Below are positions 46,870-57,630 of a stretch of DNA of 64,000 bases, piece after piece. The stretch's first letter is position 1, and each line of letters begins with the position of its first letter. The stretch is from an uncultured Christensenella sp. (GTDB lineage Bacteria > Bacillota > Clostridia > Christensenellales > UBA1242). The position numbers were made by a program, and so were the translations under genes. Where the stretch lies: positions 80,276 through 144,275 of the forward strand of contig CASGDZ010000001.1 in NCBI GenBank assembly GCA_949300385.1, read 5' to 3'. The notes beneath the pieces were generated by a model. It was not told the origin of the DNA. It ran no database searches and saw only the letters and a list, made by a program, of their open reading frames with translations.

Positions 46870-48552
46870 ATGTGTGGAATATATGGTTGTATAGCAAAAA
46901 ATAAAGCGTATGAAAAAGTCCTTAATGGGCTTAAATTATTACAATATCGAGGATATGACTCATGCGGTATAGCGTATTATGAAAATAATGAGTTTAAATT
47001 AAATAAAGCAATAGGCACCTTAGATAACTTAAAACCTATAAATACGAAATCAAATATTGTGTTTGGACACACTAGATGGGCGACAAATGGAGAGGTTAAT
47101 TTCGCAAATACCCACCCGCATGTAAGTTTTGATAAAAAATTCACACTTGTTCATAATGGGATAATCACTAACGCGGATAATATCAGGAAAGATTTAGAAA
47201 AGGGCGGAGTAAAATTTTATTCTACAACTGATACAGAGGTTATAGCAAATGTACTCTCAAGTTTTAAAGGAGAAATTGACGATCGTATAAAGAAATTATT
47301 TTCTATGCTTGAAGGGTCGTTTTCTTTAATTATAGGATATGTAGATGGCACAATATATTTAGTTAAGCATTTTAGTCCATTAAACATTGTTGAATCTAAT
47401 GACGGTATATACATATCAAGCGATATATCAAGTTTAAAACAAGGCGAATTATATAGTTTAAATGATGGAGATATAATAAAAATTAAAGACAATAAAATAT
47501 CTTCTTTATCAAATAGCACATTAAACTTTAGCTGTCATGAAAACACTATTAAGACACTTAATTTGAATGGTTATGACCATTTTATGTTAAAAGAAATATA
47601 TGAGACTCCTCAAGCAATTCACAGAACTTATACATATTTACAATCAATAGATACAAATAAAATATTTAAAAAATATAAAAAAATAACATTCATTGGTTGC
47701 GGAACAGCATATCATTCTTGCCTAGTAGGCGAATGGTTATTTAATAAATTACATAAATACGATTGTAATTCAGTTTTAGCCTCAAACTATGAAATAGATA
47801 GTAAAGTAAATAAAAAGCACCTTCATGTTATAGTAAGTCAAAGTGGAGAGACTGCTGACTGCATAAAGGTGGCGGAAAATATCAAAGAACAGGGCGGGAA
47901 AATATTAATAATAACTAACGAAGAAAAAAGTACAATAACTAAATATGCAGATTTTTTAATACTCACAAAATCTAATAAAGAACTGGCGGTTGCAAGCACA
48001 AAAACATATTGTAGTCAAATATTTGTATTTGCTCTAATTGTAAAGCGTTTATTTAATAAAGATTATACCTTAGATATAGAAAGTTTTATAGAGAAGTTAT
48101 CTAAGTATATAAAAACGATTGATGTTTCTCTTCTATCAGATGAGTTGACAAATATATCTAATATGATATTAATAGGTAAAGATATAGATTATTTAACATT
48201 GTTAGAAGCTAGTTTAAAAATTCGTGAATTAGATTATGTTTATACTATACCTATGTATTCGGGTGAGTTAAAGCACGGCACCTTATCATTGATAGACAAT
48301 ACCAGTACAATCATCTCATTAAATAGCAGTAAAGATATAAGCAAATTGTCTACTGTCATGAATGAAATTTTATCGCGTGGTGGTAAAGTAATTGATATGT
48401 CTAAATATTTAGAAAAAGTTTTAATAGATGAATATTTTATGCCAATATTTAGTATCATACCTTTTCAATTATTAAGTTATTATATAGCGATAAACCGCGG
48501 TTATAACCCAGATATGCCACGCAATCTTGCTAAAAGTGTAACAGTAGAATAA
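46870..48552 (+). CDS. glmS: Glutamine-fructose-6-phosphate aminotransferase
   Basis: MCGI N-terminal nucleophile, two SIS domains, and C-terminal …NLAKSVTVE. Starts 1 nt after the murI stop. Confidence 0.93.
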   Translation: MCGIYGCIAKNKAYEKVLNGLKLLQYRGYDSCGIAYYENNEFKLNKAIGTLDNLKPINTKSNIVFGHTRWATNGEVNFANTHPHVSFDKKFTLVHNGIITNADNIRKDLEKGGVKFYSTTDTEVIANVLSSFKGEIDDRIKKLFSMLEGSFSLIIGYVDGTIYLVKHFSPLNIVESNDGIYISSDISSLKQGELYSLNDGDIIKIKDNKISSLSNSTLNFSCHENTIKTLNLNGYDHFMLKEIYETPQAIHRTYTYLQSIDTNKIFKKYKKITFIGCGTAYHSCLVGEWLFNKLHKYDCNSVLASNYEIDSKVNKKHLHVIVSQSGETADCIKVAENIKEQGGKILIITNEEKSTITKYADFLILTKSNKELAVASTKTYCSQIFVFALIVKRLFNKDYTLDIESFIEKLSKYIKTIDVSLLSDELTNISNMILIGKDIDYLTLLEASLKIRELDYVYTIPMYSGELKHGTLSLIDNTSTIISLNSSKDISKLSTVMNEILSRGGKVIDMSKYLEKVLIDEYFMPIFSIIPFQLLSYYIAINRGYNPDMPRNLAKSVTVE

Positions 48553-50820
48553 CTACACAGGCCAACGCTTTTTTCCAGATAAAAATTCATTATTAAGCCT
48601 ATTAATTAAATAATCTTTTGGTCGTATCGACACAGTATTAGACGAATTTTCTCCCTGAATAATAAAATATGAAATGGTTTCATAATTATAAATATCATTA
48701 TCAATAATTTCAATATTGCCTGATTTATCTTTTACAACGCCTAAAAGGATACTATTATCTTTGCAAGTTTTATATACATAATATTCTTTATATTTATCTG
48801 CATCAAATGTCAAAATTGATTTAGAATTATCTATTTTTACATTCAATATAATATTTTCATTGCTAGCGATAGTTTCTGGCGGATTGCTAACTTTAAAATA
48901 ATCATAGGCTATGTAGCGAGCTATATCATGATTAGGCTTAACTAGACGATGATTTTCTTCTAGTTCATTCAAATCATAAGCAAATTTTTCAACCGTATTA
49001 GGTTTAACAAAATCATTTGGTCGTTTATTCGAATAAATATTTGCAAAAATTCTTTTAGTCATTTCAGTAGGTTGTACTGAACTATAAAACCCATTTGGTA
49101 GGACATTATCTTTAATGTCAGCAATCCAAGATAGAGTAGTGTAGTCTGTAGTATAAGCGATATTGTATAAATCATTATTATTTTCTCCATTTGTAGCAGT
49201 CCCCGTCTTACTTGCAACAGGAATATTTAGAGAATTTAAGCGCTTTGCTGTACCTGAAGTGGAGACATCTTTAAGCATATCGGTCAGTATGAAAGCGTCC
49301 GCTTCATCTATGATTTTTTGCGAATATTCTTCATGCTCATATATAATGTTACCATGTTTGTCTAAAATTTTATCTACAAAACATATCGGACGGTATGTCC
49401 CTAAATTAGCTAAAACATTATATGCGCTAACTAATTGTAACAAACTAACCCCACGATAGGTTGAACCTAAAGCTAGAGACATATTCATATCACTATTATC
49501 TAATTGTATACCCAAACTAGATAAAACATCTCTAGATTTATTTAATCCAACATTATCTAACAATTTAACAGCAGGAATATTTAATGATTCTTTAAGTGCT
49601 TCACGCGCACTTACATAGCCATGATATTTATTATCTGCATTTTTAGGAGAGTAGCCATTATAATCTATTTTTTCATCCAAAATCTCTGTTGCAGGTTTCA
49701 ATATATTGTGTATTATACATGGCAAATACACTGCCAATGGTTTTAAAGTGGAGGCAGGTTGTCTTTTCATATTATGTAAATCATAATTACTATTGACATA
49801 ATACGCTTTTACAGTTCCGTCATTTGCAACCAAAATTGAAATACTATCTAAAGTGTCATCGTTATTTGATGTTTCTTCAATAACGCTATTGTTTGAATCC
49901 ATAACAATTTTTTGTAAATCATCATCTTTGAATGTTATTATTTGATATTCTTTATTTATCAATTCGCGTTCGCTAATGTTTAATAGGTTACATGCTTCAT
50001 AAATTGCTTCTTTCTCATAACTATGATTTGTTTCATTATTTTTAACAATATTTAATGGTTGAGATATTACATTTTGATAATCTTGTTCTGAAATATCTTT
50101 GCAATCTAACATGGTTTTAGCAACAAAATTCCTACGCGATATTGCATTTTCATAATTTAATATAGGGGAGTATCTAGCGGGCGACTTTATAATTCCAGCC
50201 AAACAACATGCTTCATTTAATGTTAAATCTTTCGCTGATTTGTTAAAATAAATTTGACTTGCATTTTCTATGCCATAAGCGTTTGCACCAAAATATATAG
50301 TATTTAAATACATCTCTAAAATTTCGTCTTTTTGAAATTCTTTTTCCATTTTTATTGATAGAATAATTTCTTCAATTTTTCTTTGATAAGTCTTTTCATT
50401 TGACAATAAAGCGTTTTTTATTAACTGCTGGCTAATAGTTGAGGCTCCCTGAGATTTTGAGCGAGTAGTCATATTAACTATACTTGATTTTATTATTCTC
50501 TTTAAGTCATATCCATTATGTTCATAAAATCGTTTATCTTCAACATCAATAAATGCTTTAGCAACATAATCCGGCAATGTATTTAATTTTATAATTGACC
50601 TATTTGTGTTATATAGTGTTGATTCTTTTCCTGTCGAAGAATATATTAAAACACCATTATTTACGCTTGTTAATGCATTGACATCAAGGTCATATTTATT
50701 GTAAAAATAGGTAATTATAATTGTACAACTAACAAATAAAAGCGCTATCAATACACTAATGATAAGCAAAACCCGCTTTAATTTTTTATTTTTAACTGAA
50801 TTATCTTTATATTTCATCAC
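48553..50820 (-). CDS. Class A penicillin-binding protein (glycosyltransferase + transpeptidase)
   Basis: GT51 motifs EDKRFYEHNG, GASTISQQL and RKIEE. Transpeptidase motifs STLKP, SLN and KTGT. N-terminal TM anchor. Confidence 0.9.
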   Translation of the reverse strand: MMKYKDNSVKNKKLKRVLLIISVLIALLFVSCTIIITYFYNKYDLDVNALTSVNNGVLIYSSTGKESTLYNTNRSIIKLNTLPDYVAKAFIDVEDKRFYEHNGYDLKRIIKSSIVNMTTRSKSQGASTISQQLIKNALLSNEKTYQRKIEEIILSIKMEKEFQKDEILEMYLNTIYFGANAYGIENASQIYFNKSAKDLTLNEACCLAGIIKSPARYSPILNYENAISRRNFVAKTMLDCKDISEQDYQNVISQPLNIVKNNETNHSYEKEAIYEACNLLNISERELINKEYQIITFKDDDLQKIVMDSNNSVIEETSNNDDTLDSISILVANDGTVKAYYVNSNYDLHNMKRQPASTLKPLAVYLPCIIHNILKPATEILDEKIDYNGYSPKNADNKYHGYVSAREALKESLNIPAVKLLDNVGLNKSRDVLSSLGIQLDNSDMNMSLALGSTYRGVSLLQLVSAYNVLANLGTYRPICFVDKILDKHGNIIYEHEEYSQKIIDEADAFILTDMLKDVSTSGTAKRLNSLNIPVASKTGTATNGENNNDLYNIAYTTDYTTLSWIADIKDNVLPNGFYSSVQPTEMTKRIFANIYSNKRPNDFVKPNTVEKFAYDLNELEENHRLVKPNHDIARYIAYDYFKVSNPPETIASNENIILNVKIDNSKSILTFDADKYKEYYVYKTCKDNSILLGVVKDKSGNIEIIDNDIYNYETISYFIIQGENSSNTVSIRPKDYLINRLNNEFLSGKKRWPV

Positions 50821-50910
50821 GATTTATTATTTGCAGATTTTGATAATTAATAAGTATTTTTATAATTTTTAGTTGAAAAAAACAACAACTTATATTATAA
50901 TAACTATATT

Positions 50911-52245
50911 ATGAGTTTAAGTTATTATGAAGGAAAAACATTTCATGTCGTAACCTATGGTTGCCAAATGAATGTACATGAATCAGAAAAAATACGCGGA
51001 ATTTTATCTACGCTAGGTATGCTTGAAATTGACGACATAAATAAAGCTAATGTCGTTGTTTTTAATACTTGTTGTGTTCGTGAAGGCGCAGAAGATAGAG
51101 CATATAATAATATTGTATCTTTGAAAAAGGTTAAATCTGAAAATAAAGACAAAATTATTGTCGTTTGTGGTTGTATGTCGCAACAAAAAAATGGCAAATA
51201 CGACCTAAAGAAGAAACTTCCTTTTGTTGATATTATTATCGGTACACATAATATAAATCTGCTTGCAGATTATTTATCGAAATTCGCTGAGACTCATAAG
51301 CGAATTTATGATATACTCGATCAACCAACTGCGAGTATGGATGGCGTAAAATGTGTTAGAGATGATAAAATTAATGCTTATGTCAATATTATATATGGTT
51401 GCAATAAATTTTGTACATATTGCATTGTTCCTTATGTTAGAGGTAGGGAAAAGAGTAGACCAGTAAAAGAGATCTACGATGAAGTTAAGGATTTAGTCCA
51501 AAATCAAGGATATAAATATATAACGCTTCTAGGACAAAATGTTAATTCATATGGTAAAGACCTTGAAGAAAAGATGACTTTTTCTAAATTATTGAATTAT
51601 CTTTGCACTATTGAAGGAGATTTTAAAATAAAATTCATGACATCACATCCAATGGATTTTGGAGATGATATTATTCATGTTATGAAGACCCAACCAAAAA
51701 TAGCAAAAGCACTTCATTTACCTGTTCAATCGGGTAGTAACAAAATTTTACAAAAAATGAATAGGCATTACGATATAAAACATTATCTTCACATAATTAA
51801 AAAATTAAGGCACGCTATCCCTAATATCGCTCTATCTACTGACATTATTGTTGGATTCCCTGGCGAAACTGAAAAAGATTTTAATCAAACAATGAAATTA
51901 GTTAAGCGTGTTAAATTTGACCAAATATTCGCGTTTATGTACTCAAAGCGCTCGGGTACTCCAGCAAGTGAATTTTTAGACCAAATTGATGAACATACTA
52001 AAAATGTACGAGTAAACAAATTATTGCGTTTAGAGAGATTAATTCAAAAAGACCAAATAAAAAAATATTTTAACAAAACATACGATTGTTTGATTAGACA
52101 AATTAATGGAGTAGCAGTTGGAATTACTGATGGAGGTAAAGAAATATACATACCTACATATAGATACAACAATCAAAATTATTTTGCACTTGTTAAAGTA
52201 GAAGATATTAGAAATCATAAACTTTCAGGAGTAATAATCAAATGA
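50911..52245 (+). CDS. miaB: tRNA-2-methylthio-N6-dimethylallyladenosine synthase MiaB
   Basis: UPF0004 domain (TYGCQMN), radical SAM CNKFCTYC, and a TRAM C-terminus. Confidence 0.92.
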   Translation: MSLSYYEGKTFHVVTYGCQMNVHESEKIRGILSTLGMLEIDDINKANVVVFNTCCVREGAEDRAYNNIVSLKKVKSENKDKIIVVCGCMSQQKNGKYDLKKKLPFVDIIIGTHNINLLADYLSKFAETHKRIYDILDQPTASMDGVKCVRDDKINAYVNIIYGCNKFCTYCIVPYVRGREKSRPVKEIYDEVKDLVQNQGYKYITLLGQNVNSYGKDLEEKMTFSKLLNYLCTIEGDFKIKFMTSHPMDFGDDIIHVMKTQPKIAKALHLPVQSGSNKILQKMNRHYDIKHYLHIIKKLRHAIPNIALSTDIIVGFPGETEKDFNQTMKLVKRVKFDQIFAFMYSKRSGTPASEFLDQIDEHTKNVRVNKLLRLERLIQKDQIKKYFNKTYDCLIRQINGVAVGITDGGKEIYIPTYRYNNQNYFALVKVEDIRNHKLSGVIIK

Positions 52246-54791
52246 AAAAAGACAATGAGCCATCACCAATTATAAAGCAATATTTAGCAATGAAAGAACA
52301 ATATAAAGATTGTATATTGTTTTTTCGCTTGGGTGATTTCTATGAAATGTTTTTTGATGATGCAAAGATTGCCTCAAAAGAACTTGATATAACGCTTACA
52401 GGCAAAGATTGTAGCCTTGAAGAACGCGCGCCTATGTGTGGTGTTCCATATCATGCCTACGAGAGTTATGCGCAAAAACTTATTGAGCGCGGATATAAAG
52501 TCGCAATATGCGAACAAACAGATAATATTGTAAACAAAATTGTCCAACGCGAAGTAGTACGCATTATAACTCCTGGAACAGTCATGGAAACTAGCATGCT
52601 TAATGAAGGGCAAAATACATATATAATGTGTATATATCGCAATAAAAACACAATATCTTACGCTTATAGTGATTTATCTACAGGCGAATTTAATGTCGGA
52701 GAATATTCTGGTGAAAATATCCTCGGTTATATTAATGATCAAATAATTCGCATAATGCCTAGTGAAATTATATGCAATCATGAAATGATAGAAATTGCTC
52801 CCGACCTTGCAGTTGTACAATCAAATGATAAATACAGATTTAATGAATACTATGATTGGGCTTTTAATCCTACAAATGCGGAAAATGCCTTATTAAAACA
52901 ATACAATTTAACATCACTTAAGGGATATGATTTTTCAATCAAAAATTTAATTTATCCAGCAGGTGCGTTGTTAGAGTATTTTAAAGAGACACAAAAGCGC
53001 GAACTTAAGCACTTAAAACTACCTAGATTAATAAAAGATAGTCAATATATGTACATTGACACAAATACGCGTCGCAACCTTGAAATAGAGCAAACTATGC
53101 GTGATGGATCTAAATATGGTTCACTTTTATGGGTCTTAGATGATACTTGCACCAGTGGTGGCGCTAGAATGCTTAGAAATTGGGTTAGACAGCCATTACA
53201 AGATAAAACAACTATTAATACCCGTTTAGAGATGGTTCAATGCTTAACTGAGAATGCTATAATACGGGCTAATTTAAAACAATTATTATCAAATGTACAG
53301 GACATTGAGCGATTAGTAGGTAAAATATCATATGGAAATATCACGCCTAAAGATTGCTTAGCATTGTCACAGTCTTTATTGCAACAACCAGAAATAAAGC
53401 GTCAATTAATTGCTAGTGGAAATAAATATTTAATTGAAATTGCAAATGAATTGGTAGACACTTCAAGTATAGTTAATTTAATTAATTCGACTATCTCAGA
53501 AAATCCCCCTGCATTGATGAAAGATGGAGGATATATTCGTGCCGGTTTTAATGCTAATCTTGACAGACTTAGAAATATGAAACAAAATGCGGAAAATGTT
53601 ATTTTAGGCATTCAAGCGCGCGAGCGTGAAGCAACTGGAATTAAGAACCTTAAAATTGGCTACAATAAGGTCTTTGGCTATTATATAGAAGTAAATAAAC
53701 AATTTAGTGAGTTAGTACCTTTTAACTATATAAGAAAACAGACAATATCTAACAATGAGCGATATATTACAGAGGAATTAAAACAATTTGAAGAAGAAGT
53801 TTTAACTTCGCACGAACAGGCGATTAAATTAGAGGAGCAAATATTTTCTCAACTTAAATCTCAACTTGTATCTAACGCAGAAGTTATGCAAAGAGTTGCT
53901 ATAGCAATATCAACTATTGATTGTGTTTATTCTCTTGCAACAGTTGCTGTCTCTAACGGATATGTAAAACCAAATATAGTTGACAACAATCAAATTAATA
54001 TTGTGGCAGGAAGACACCCCGTTATTGAAAAAATACAACGAACAGGCGATTTCATACCTAACGATTGCTTGTTAAACGATTCTGATCAACGCACTATATT
54101 ATTAACCGGGCCAAATATGGCAGGAAAATCTACATATATGCGTCAGGTTGCATTAATTACATATCTTGCTCATATCGGAAGTTTTGTCCCTGCAAAAAGT
54201 GCGGATATTTGTATTGTTGATCGTATTTTTACGCGTATTGGCGCAAGTGATGACTTGGCAGTTGGACAATCAACCTTTATGGTAGAGATGATAGAAGTTG
54301 CAAATATTTTAAACTTTGCTACAAATAAAAGTCTAATTATCTTAGATGAAGTAGGCCGTGGGACTTCAACATTTGATGGACTGAGCATTGCATGGGCGGT
54401 TGTAGAATACTTGTCTAAAAAACTAAATGCAAAAACATTATTTGCCACTCATTATCATGAATTAATGCAACTAGAAGGATTGTACGACGGAGTTAAAAAC
54501 TTTTGCATATCAATCAAAGAAATTGGCGGTAAATTGGTATTTTTAAGAAAAATAATGCGTGGTAGTGCTACCAAAAGTTACGGAATAGAGGTAGCAAGTT
54601 TAGCCGGTCTTCCTAATGAAATCATAAATAGAGCGAAGGAATTAATTAAAGAATTTGAATCTGAAAAAATAGTAAATAATGTTCAACAAGATAGTGAAAT
54701 AGTTGATATATTAAAACATATTGATATTAATAATTTAACACCACTTGTTGCTTTTGATACACTATCTCGTTTAATTGATATGGTAAAATAA
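52242..54791 (+). CDS. mutS: DNA mismatch repair protein MutS
   Basis: PIIKQY…FFRLGDFYE mismatch-binding N-terminus, Walker A GPNMAGKST, and FATHYHEL. Confidence 0.97.
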   Translation: MKKDNEPSPIIKQYLAMKEQYKDCILFFRLGDFYEMFFDDAKIASKELDITLTGKDCSLEERAPMCGVPYHAYESYAQKLIERGYKVAICEQTDNIVNKIVQREVVRIITPGTVMETSMLNEGQNTYIMCIYRNKNTISYAYSDLSTGEFNVGEYSGENILGYINDQIIRIMPSEIICNHEMIEIAPDLAVVQSNDKYRFNEYYDWAFNPTNAENALLKQYNLTSLKGYDFSIKNLIYPAGALLEYFKETQKRELKHLKLPRLIKDSQYMYIDTNTRRNLEIEQTMRDGSKYGSLLWVLDDTCTSGGARMLRNWVRQPLQDKTTINTRLEMVQCLTENAIIRANLKQLLSNVQDIERLVGKISYGNITPKDCLALSQSLLQQPEIKRQLIASGNKYLIEIANELVDTSSIVNLINSTISENPPALMKDGGYIRAGFNANLDRLRNMKQNAENVILGIQAREREATGIKNLKIGYNKVFGYYIEVNKQFSELVPFNYIRKQTISNNERYITEELKQFEEEVLTSHEQAIKLEEQIFSQLKSQLVSNAEVMQRVAIAISTIDCVYSLATVAVSNGYVKPNIVDNNQINIVAGRHPVIEKIQRTGDFIPNDCLLNDSDQRTILLTGPNMAGKSTYMRQVALITYLAHIGSFVPAKSADICIVDRIFTRIGASDDLAVGQSTFMVEMIEVANILNFATNKSLIILDEVGRGTSTFDGLSIAWAVVEYLSKKLNAKTLFATHYHELMQLEGLYDGVKNFCISIKEIGGKLVFLRKIMRGSATKSYGIEVASLAGLPNEIINRAKELIKEFESEKIVNNVQQDSEIVDILKHIDINNLTPLVAFDTLSRLIDMVK

Positions 54792-54799
54792 GGAGTTTT

Positions 54800-56725
54800 A
54801 TGTCAATAAATATACTTGATAGCATGATAATAAACCGAATCTCAGCTGGGGAAGTGGTTGAGAGTCCTTTTTCCATTGTAAAAGAATTGATTGACAATTC
54901 AATTGACGCGGGAGCAACAAAAATTTCGATCGAAATTTTAAATGGAGGAATAGATTACATTCAAATTAAAGATAATGGATATGGCATTGAAAAAAATGAC
55001 TTAATAAAAGCTTTTTTGCCACATGCAACAAGTAAAATAAAAAATATAGATGATCTTAACGAAATTGCCACTCTTGGTTTTAGAGGGGAAGCCCTTGCAA
55101 GCATATCAAATGTAAGTCAAACTAGATTAGTTTCAATTGTAAAAGATGGTGAATGTGCTTATAGTATAGAAGTGAATGGGGGAAAATTCTCTGAAATCAA
55201 CCCAGACACAATAGATGAGGGAACTAAAATAGAAGTTAGTAATTTGTTTTATAATACACCAGCACGAAGAAAATTTTTGAAAAAACCAAAAACGGAAGAG
55301 AGTCAAATTACGAATATAATCTCTCGTTACATTTTAGCTCATCCTAATATAAGTTTTAAATATACTGCAAATGGTAAGCTAATATATCAATCATCAGGTA
55401 CAAATTTACTAGACGCCATATATTGTGTATATGGAGCTGAATTTACTCAAAATATTATGCCAGTCGATAAATCAATCGGCAACATGCATCTATATGGATA
55501 TGTCTCAAAGGTAGGTTTTAGCAAGCCAAATACTACATATCAAACTTTGATGATTAATTCTAGATATGTGATAGATGAGATTGTATCTAAAGCAGTATAC
55601 ATGGCAAATGAAGAATATTTAATGACAAGGCAGTTCCCAGTGTACATACTAAATCTTGACATGCCTAAAATTGATGTTGATGTTAATGTTCATCCAAGCA
55701 AAATGAATGTAAAATTTTCAAATCCTAGTAAAATTTATGATCTAGTATATACGGCTGTTCGAAGTGCTATCTATAACTTTATAAACCCACGAAATACTGA
55801 ATTGAATTATACAAAAGAAAAAAATAATGTTAATGAAAACCTTATACAAACGGATATTAATTCTCTAAAAGAAATTGAATTGGAACCTACAGCAATTAAA
55901 CCAAATCATGAATATACTTTACGCCAAACATCATATTCTCCTATAACTATTTTTGATTTAAAATCTGAGTTAAATAAAGAAGAGAATAAAGATGTAAATA
56001 AGACAACTACTGTTGATAATTTAATCAATAAAAATAATACAGAATTGAATCTAAACAAGATAAATGAATTTAAGATTGAACAAGATAAAATAAATAGGAA
56101 AATTGATATTAAAGATAATAATTCAACTATTTTTAAAAATATTGAAGATGTGTTAGACTATAAAATTGTAGGACAAATATTTAACGAATTTTTAATATTA
56201 GAGCGTGGAGAAAACATGATACTTGTTGATTTCCATGCAGGTCATGAGCGCTTAAATTACGACAAATTTACTGAAATGGTTAAAAACAGAGATATAGTTA
56301 TCCAAGATTTACTCATTCCATACACTCAAGAGATGTCTCAGTCTGAAGTAGATTATATTTTAACTTTAAAAGATGAATTATCAAATTTAGGATTTGATAT
56401 AGATTCATTTTCAGACAATAAAATTATAATAAACGCAATACCAATGCAACTTAAAGACATAAACTTGAAAGAATTTGTTGATGATTTATTACATGATATG
56501 AAAAATTTAAAACCAAAAATGAATAATGAAATTCAACACTATTTGATGCAAAAGGCGTGCAAGTCTAGTGTGAAGTCAGGAATGACGCTTAGTGAAATGG
56601 AGATTAAAGAATTGTTACGCAATTTAGATTTAAAAAATCCTGTTTTACTATGTCCGCATGGTAGACCAGTAATATCTGTTATAAATAAAAGCCAAATAGA
56701 AAAGTGGTTTAAGAGAATAGTATGA
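54800..56725 (+). CDS. mutL: DNA mismatch repair protein MutL
   Basis: GHKL ATPase motifs (IAAGEVVE-like ISAGEVVESP, ELIDNSIDAG, GFRGEAL) and a C-terminal endonuclease domain. Confidence 0.95.
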   Translation: MSINILDSMIINRISAGEVVESPFSIVKELIDNSIDAGATKISIEILNGGIDYIQIKDNGYGIEKNDLIKAFLPHATSKIKNIDDLNEIATLGFRGEALASISNVSQTRLVSIVKDGECAYSIEVNGGKFSEINPDTIDEGTKIEVSNLFYNTPARRKFLKKPKTEESQITNIISRYILAHPNISFKYTANGKLIYQSSGTNLLDAIYCVYGAEFTQNIMPVDKSIGNMHLYGYVSKVGFSKPNTTYQTLMINSRYVIDEIVSKAVYMANEEYLMTRQFPVYILNLDMPKIDVDVNVHPSKMNVKFSNPSKIYDLVYTAVRSAIYNFINPRNTELNYTKEKNNVNENLIQTDINSLKEIELEPTAIKPNHEYTLRQTSYSPITIFDLKSELNKEENKDVNKTTTVDNLINKNNTELNLNKINEFKIEQDKINRKIDIKDNNSTIFKNIEDVLDYKIVGQIFNEFLILERGENMILVDFHAGHERLNYDKFTEMVKNRDIVIQDLLIPYTQEMSQSEVDYILTLKDELSNLGFDIDSFSDNKIIINAIPMQLKDINLKEFVDDLLHDMKNLKPKMNNEIQHYLMQKACKSSVKSGMTLSEMEIKELLRNLDLKNPVLLCPHGRPVISVINKSQIEKWFKRIV

Positions 56726-57630
56726 TAAAAAATATTGTAATAATAACTGGATTAACGGCGAGTGGTAAAAGTAATCTAGCACTTGAAATTGCAAAAAAAT
56801 TTAATGGAGAGATAATATCTGCTGATAGTGTTCAAATTTATAAAGGCTTAGATATTGGAAGCGCAAAAGATAGCATAGAAGAAAGGAAATTGATACCACA
56901 TCATCTAATAGATATAAAAAATTATGATGAAACTTATAATGTAGGCGAATTTTTAAAAGATTGTAGTAATGCCATAACTGATATAACTTCACGCTCAAAA
57001 CTCCCTATTATAGTAGGGGGAACGGGATTGTATATTAAAGCCTTAATTCAAGGATATACTTTGGGTGAGCATGCTTCAAATGACGAATTTAGAAAAAAAT
57101 ATCAGGAACTAGCTAAAATTCATGGCAATCAATATGTATATGACATCTTGAAATCTAAAAATCCTATAAAAGCTCAAACTGTTCATCCTAATAATTTAAA
57201 GCGTGTTATTAGATATTTAGAATGCGAGGAGTACGGGGAAATGCCGTCGACTAGCATTAGCATTTTATCTAACTTTAATATTTGCGCTGTCGGTATTATT
57301 GAAGATAGAGAACTTATTTACGAAAAAATAAATAAACGCGTTGATAAAATGATTGATTTAGGTCTTGAAAACGAAGTAAAAAGTTTAATAAATAAAGGGG
57401 CAAATAATCAATTGCAATCTATGAATAGTATCGGTTATAAAGAATGGTTTGATTATTTTTCTAATCAATCTACACTTAATGATACTATTGGTCTTATAAA
57501 GCAACATTCTAGGAATTATTGCAAAAGACAATTAACCTTCCTTAAAACAATACCACAAGTTGAACTTTGTGATTTAAAGACGGCTAAAATCAAAATTTTA
57601 AAATTTTTAGAAGGAGAGCATAAATGCTAA
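56722..57630 (+). CDS. miaA: tRNA dimethylallyltransferase MiaA
   Basis: P-loop GLTASGKS, ISADSVQIYKGLDIGSAK and HHLID. Confidence 0.93.
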   Translation: MIKNIVIITGLTASGKSNLALEIAKKFNGEIISADSVQIYKGLDIGSAKDSIEERKLIPHHLIDIKNYDETYNVGEFLKDCSNAITDITSRSKLPIIVGGTGLYIKALIQGYTLGEHASNDEFRKKYQELAKIHGNQYVYDILKSKNPIKAQTVHPNNLKRVIRYLECEEYGEMPSTSISILSNFNICAVGIIEDRELIYEKINKRVDKMIDLGLENEVKSLINKGANNQLQSMNSIGYKEWFDYFSNQSTLNDTIGLIKQHSRNYCKRQLTFLKTIPQVELCDLKTAKIKILKFLEGEHKC

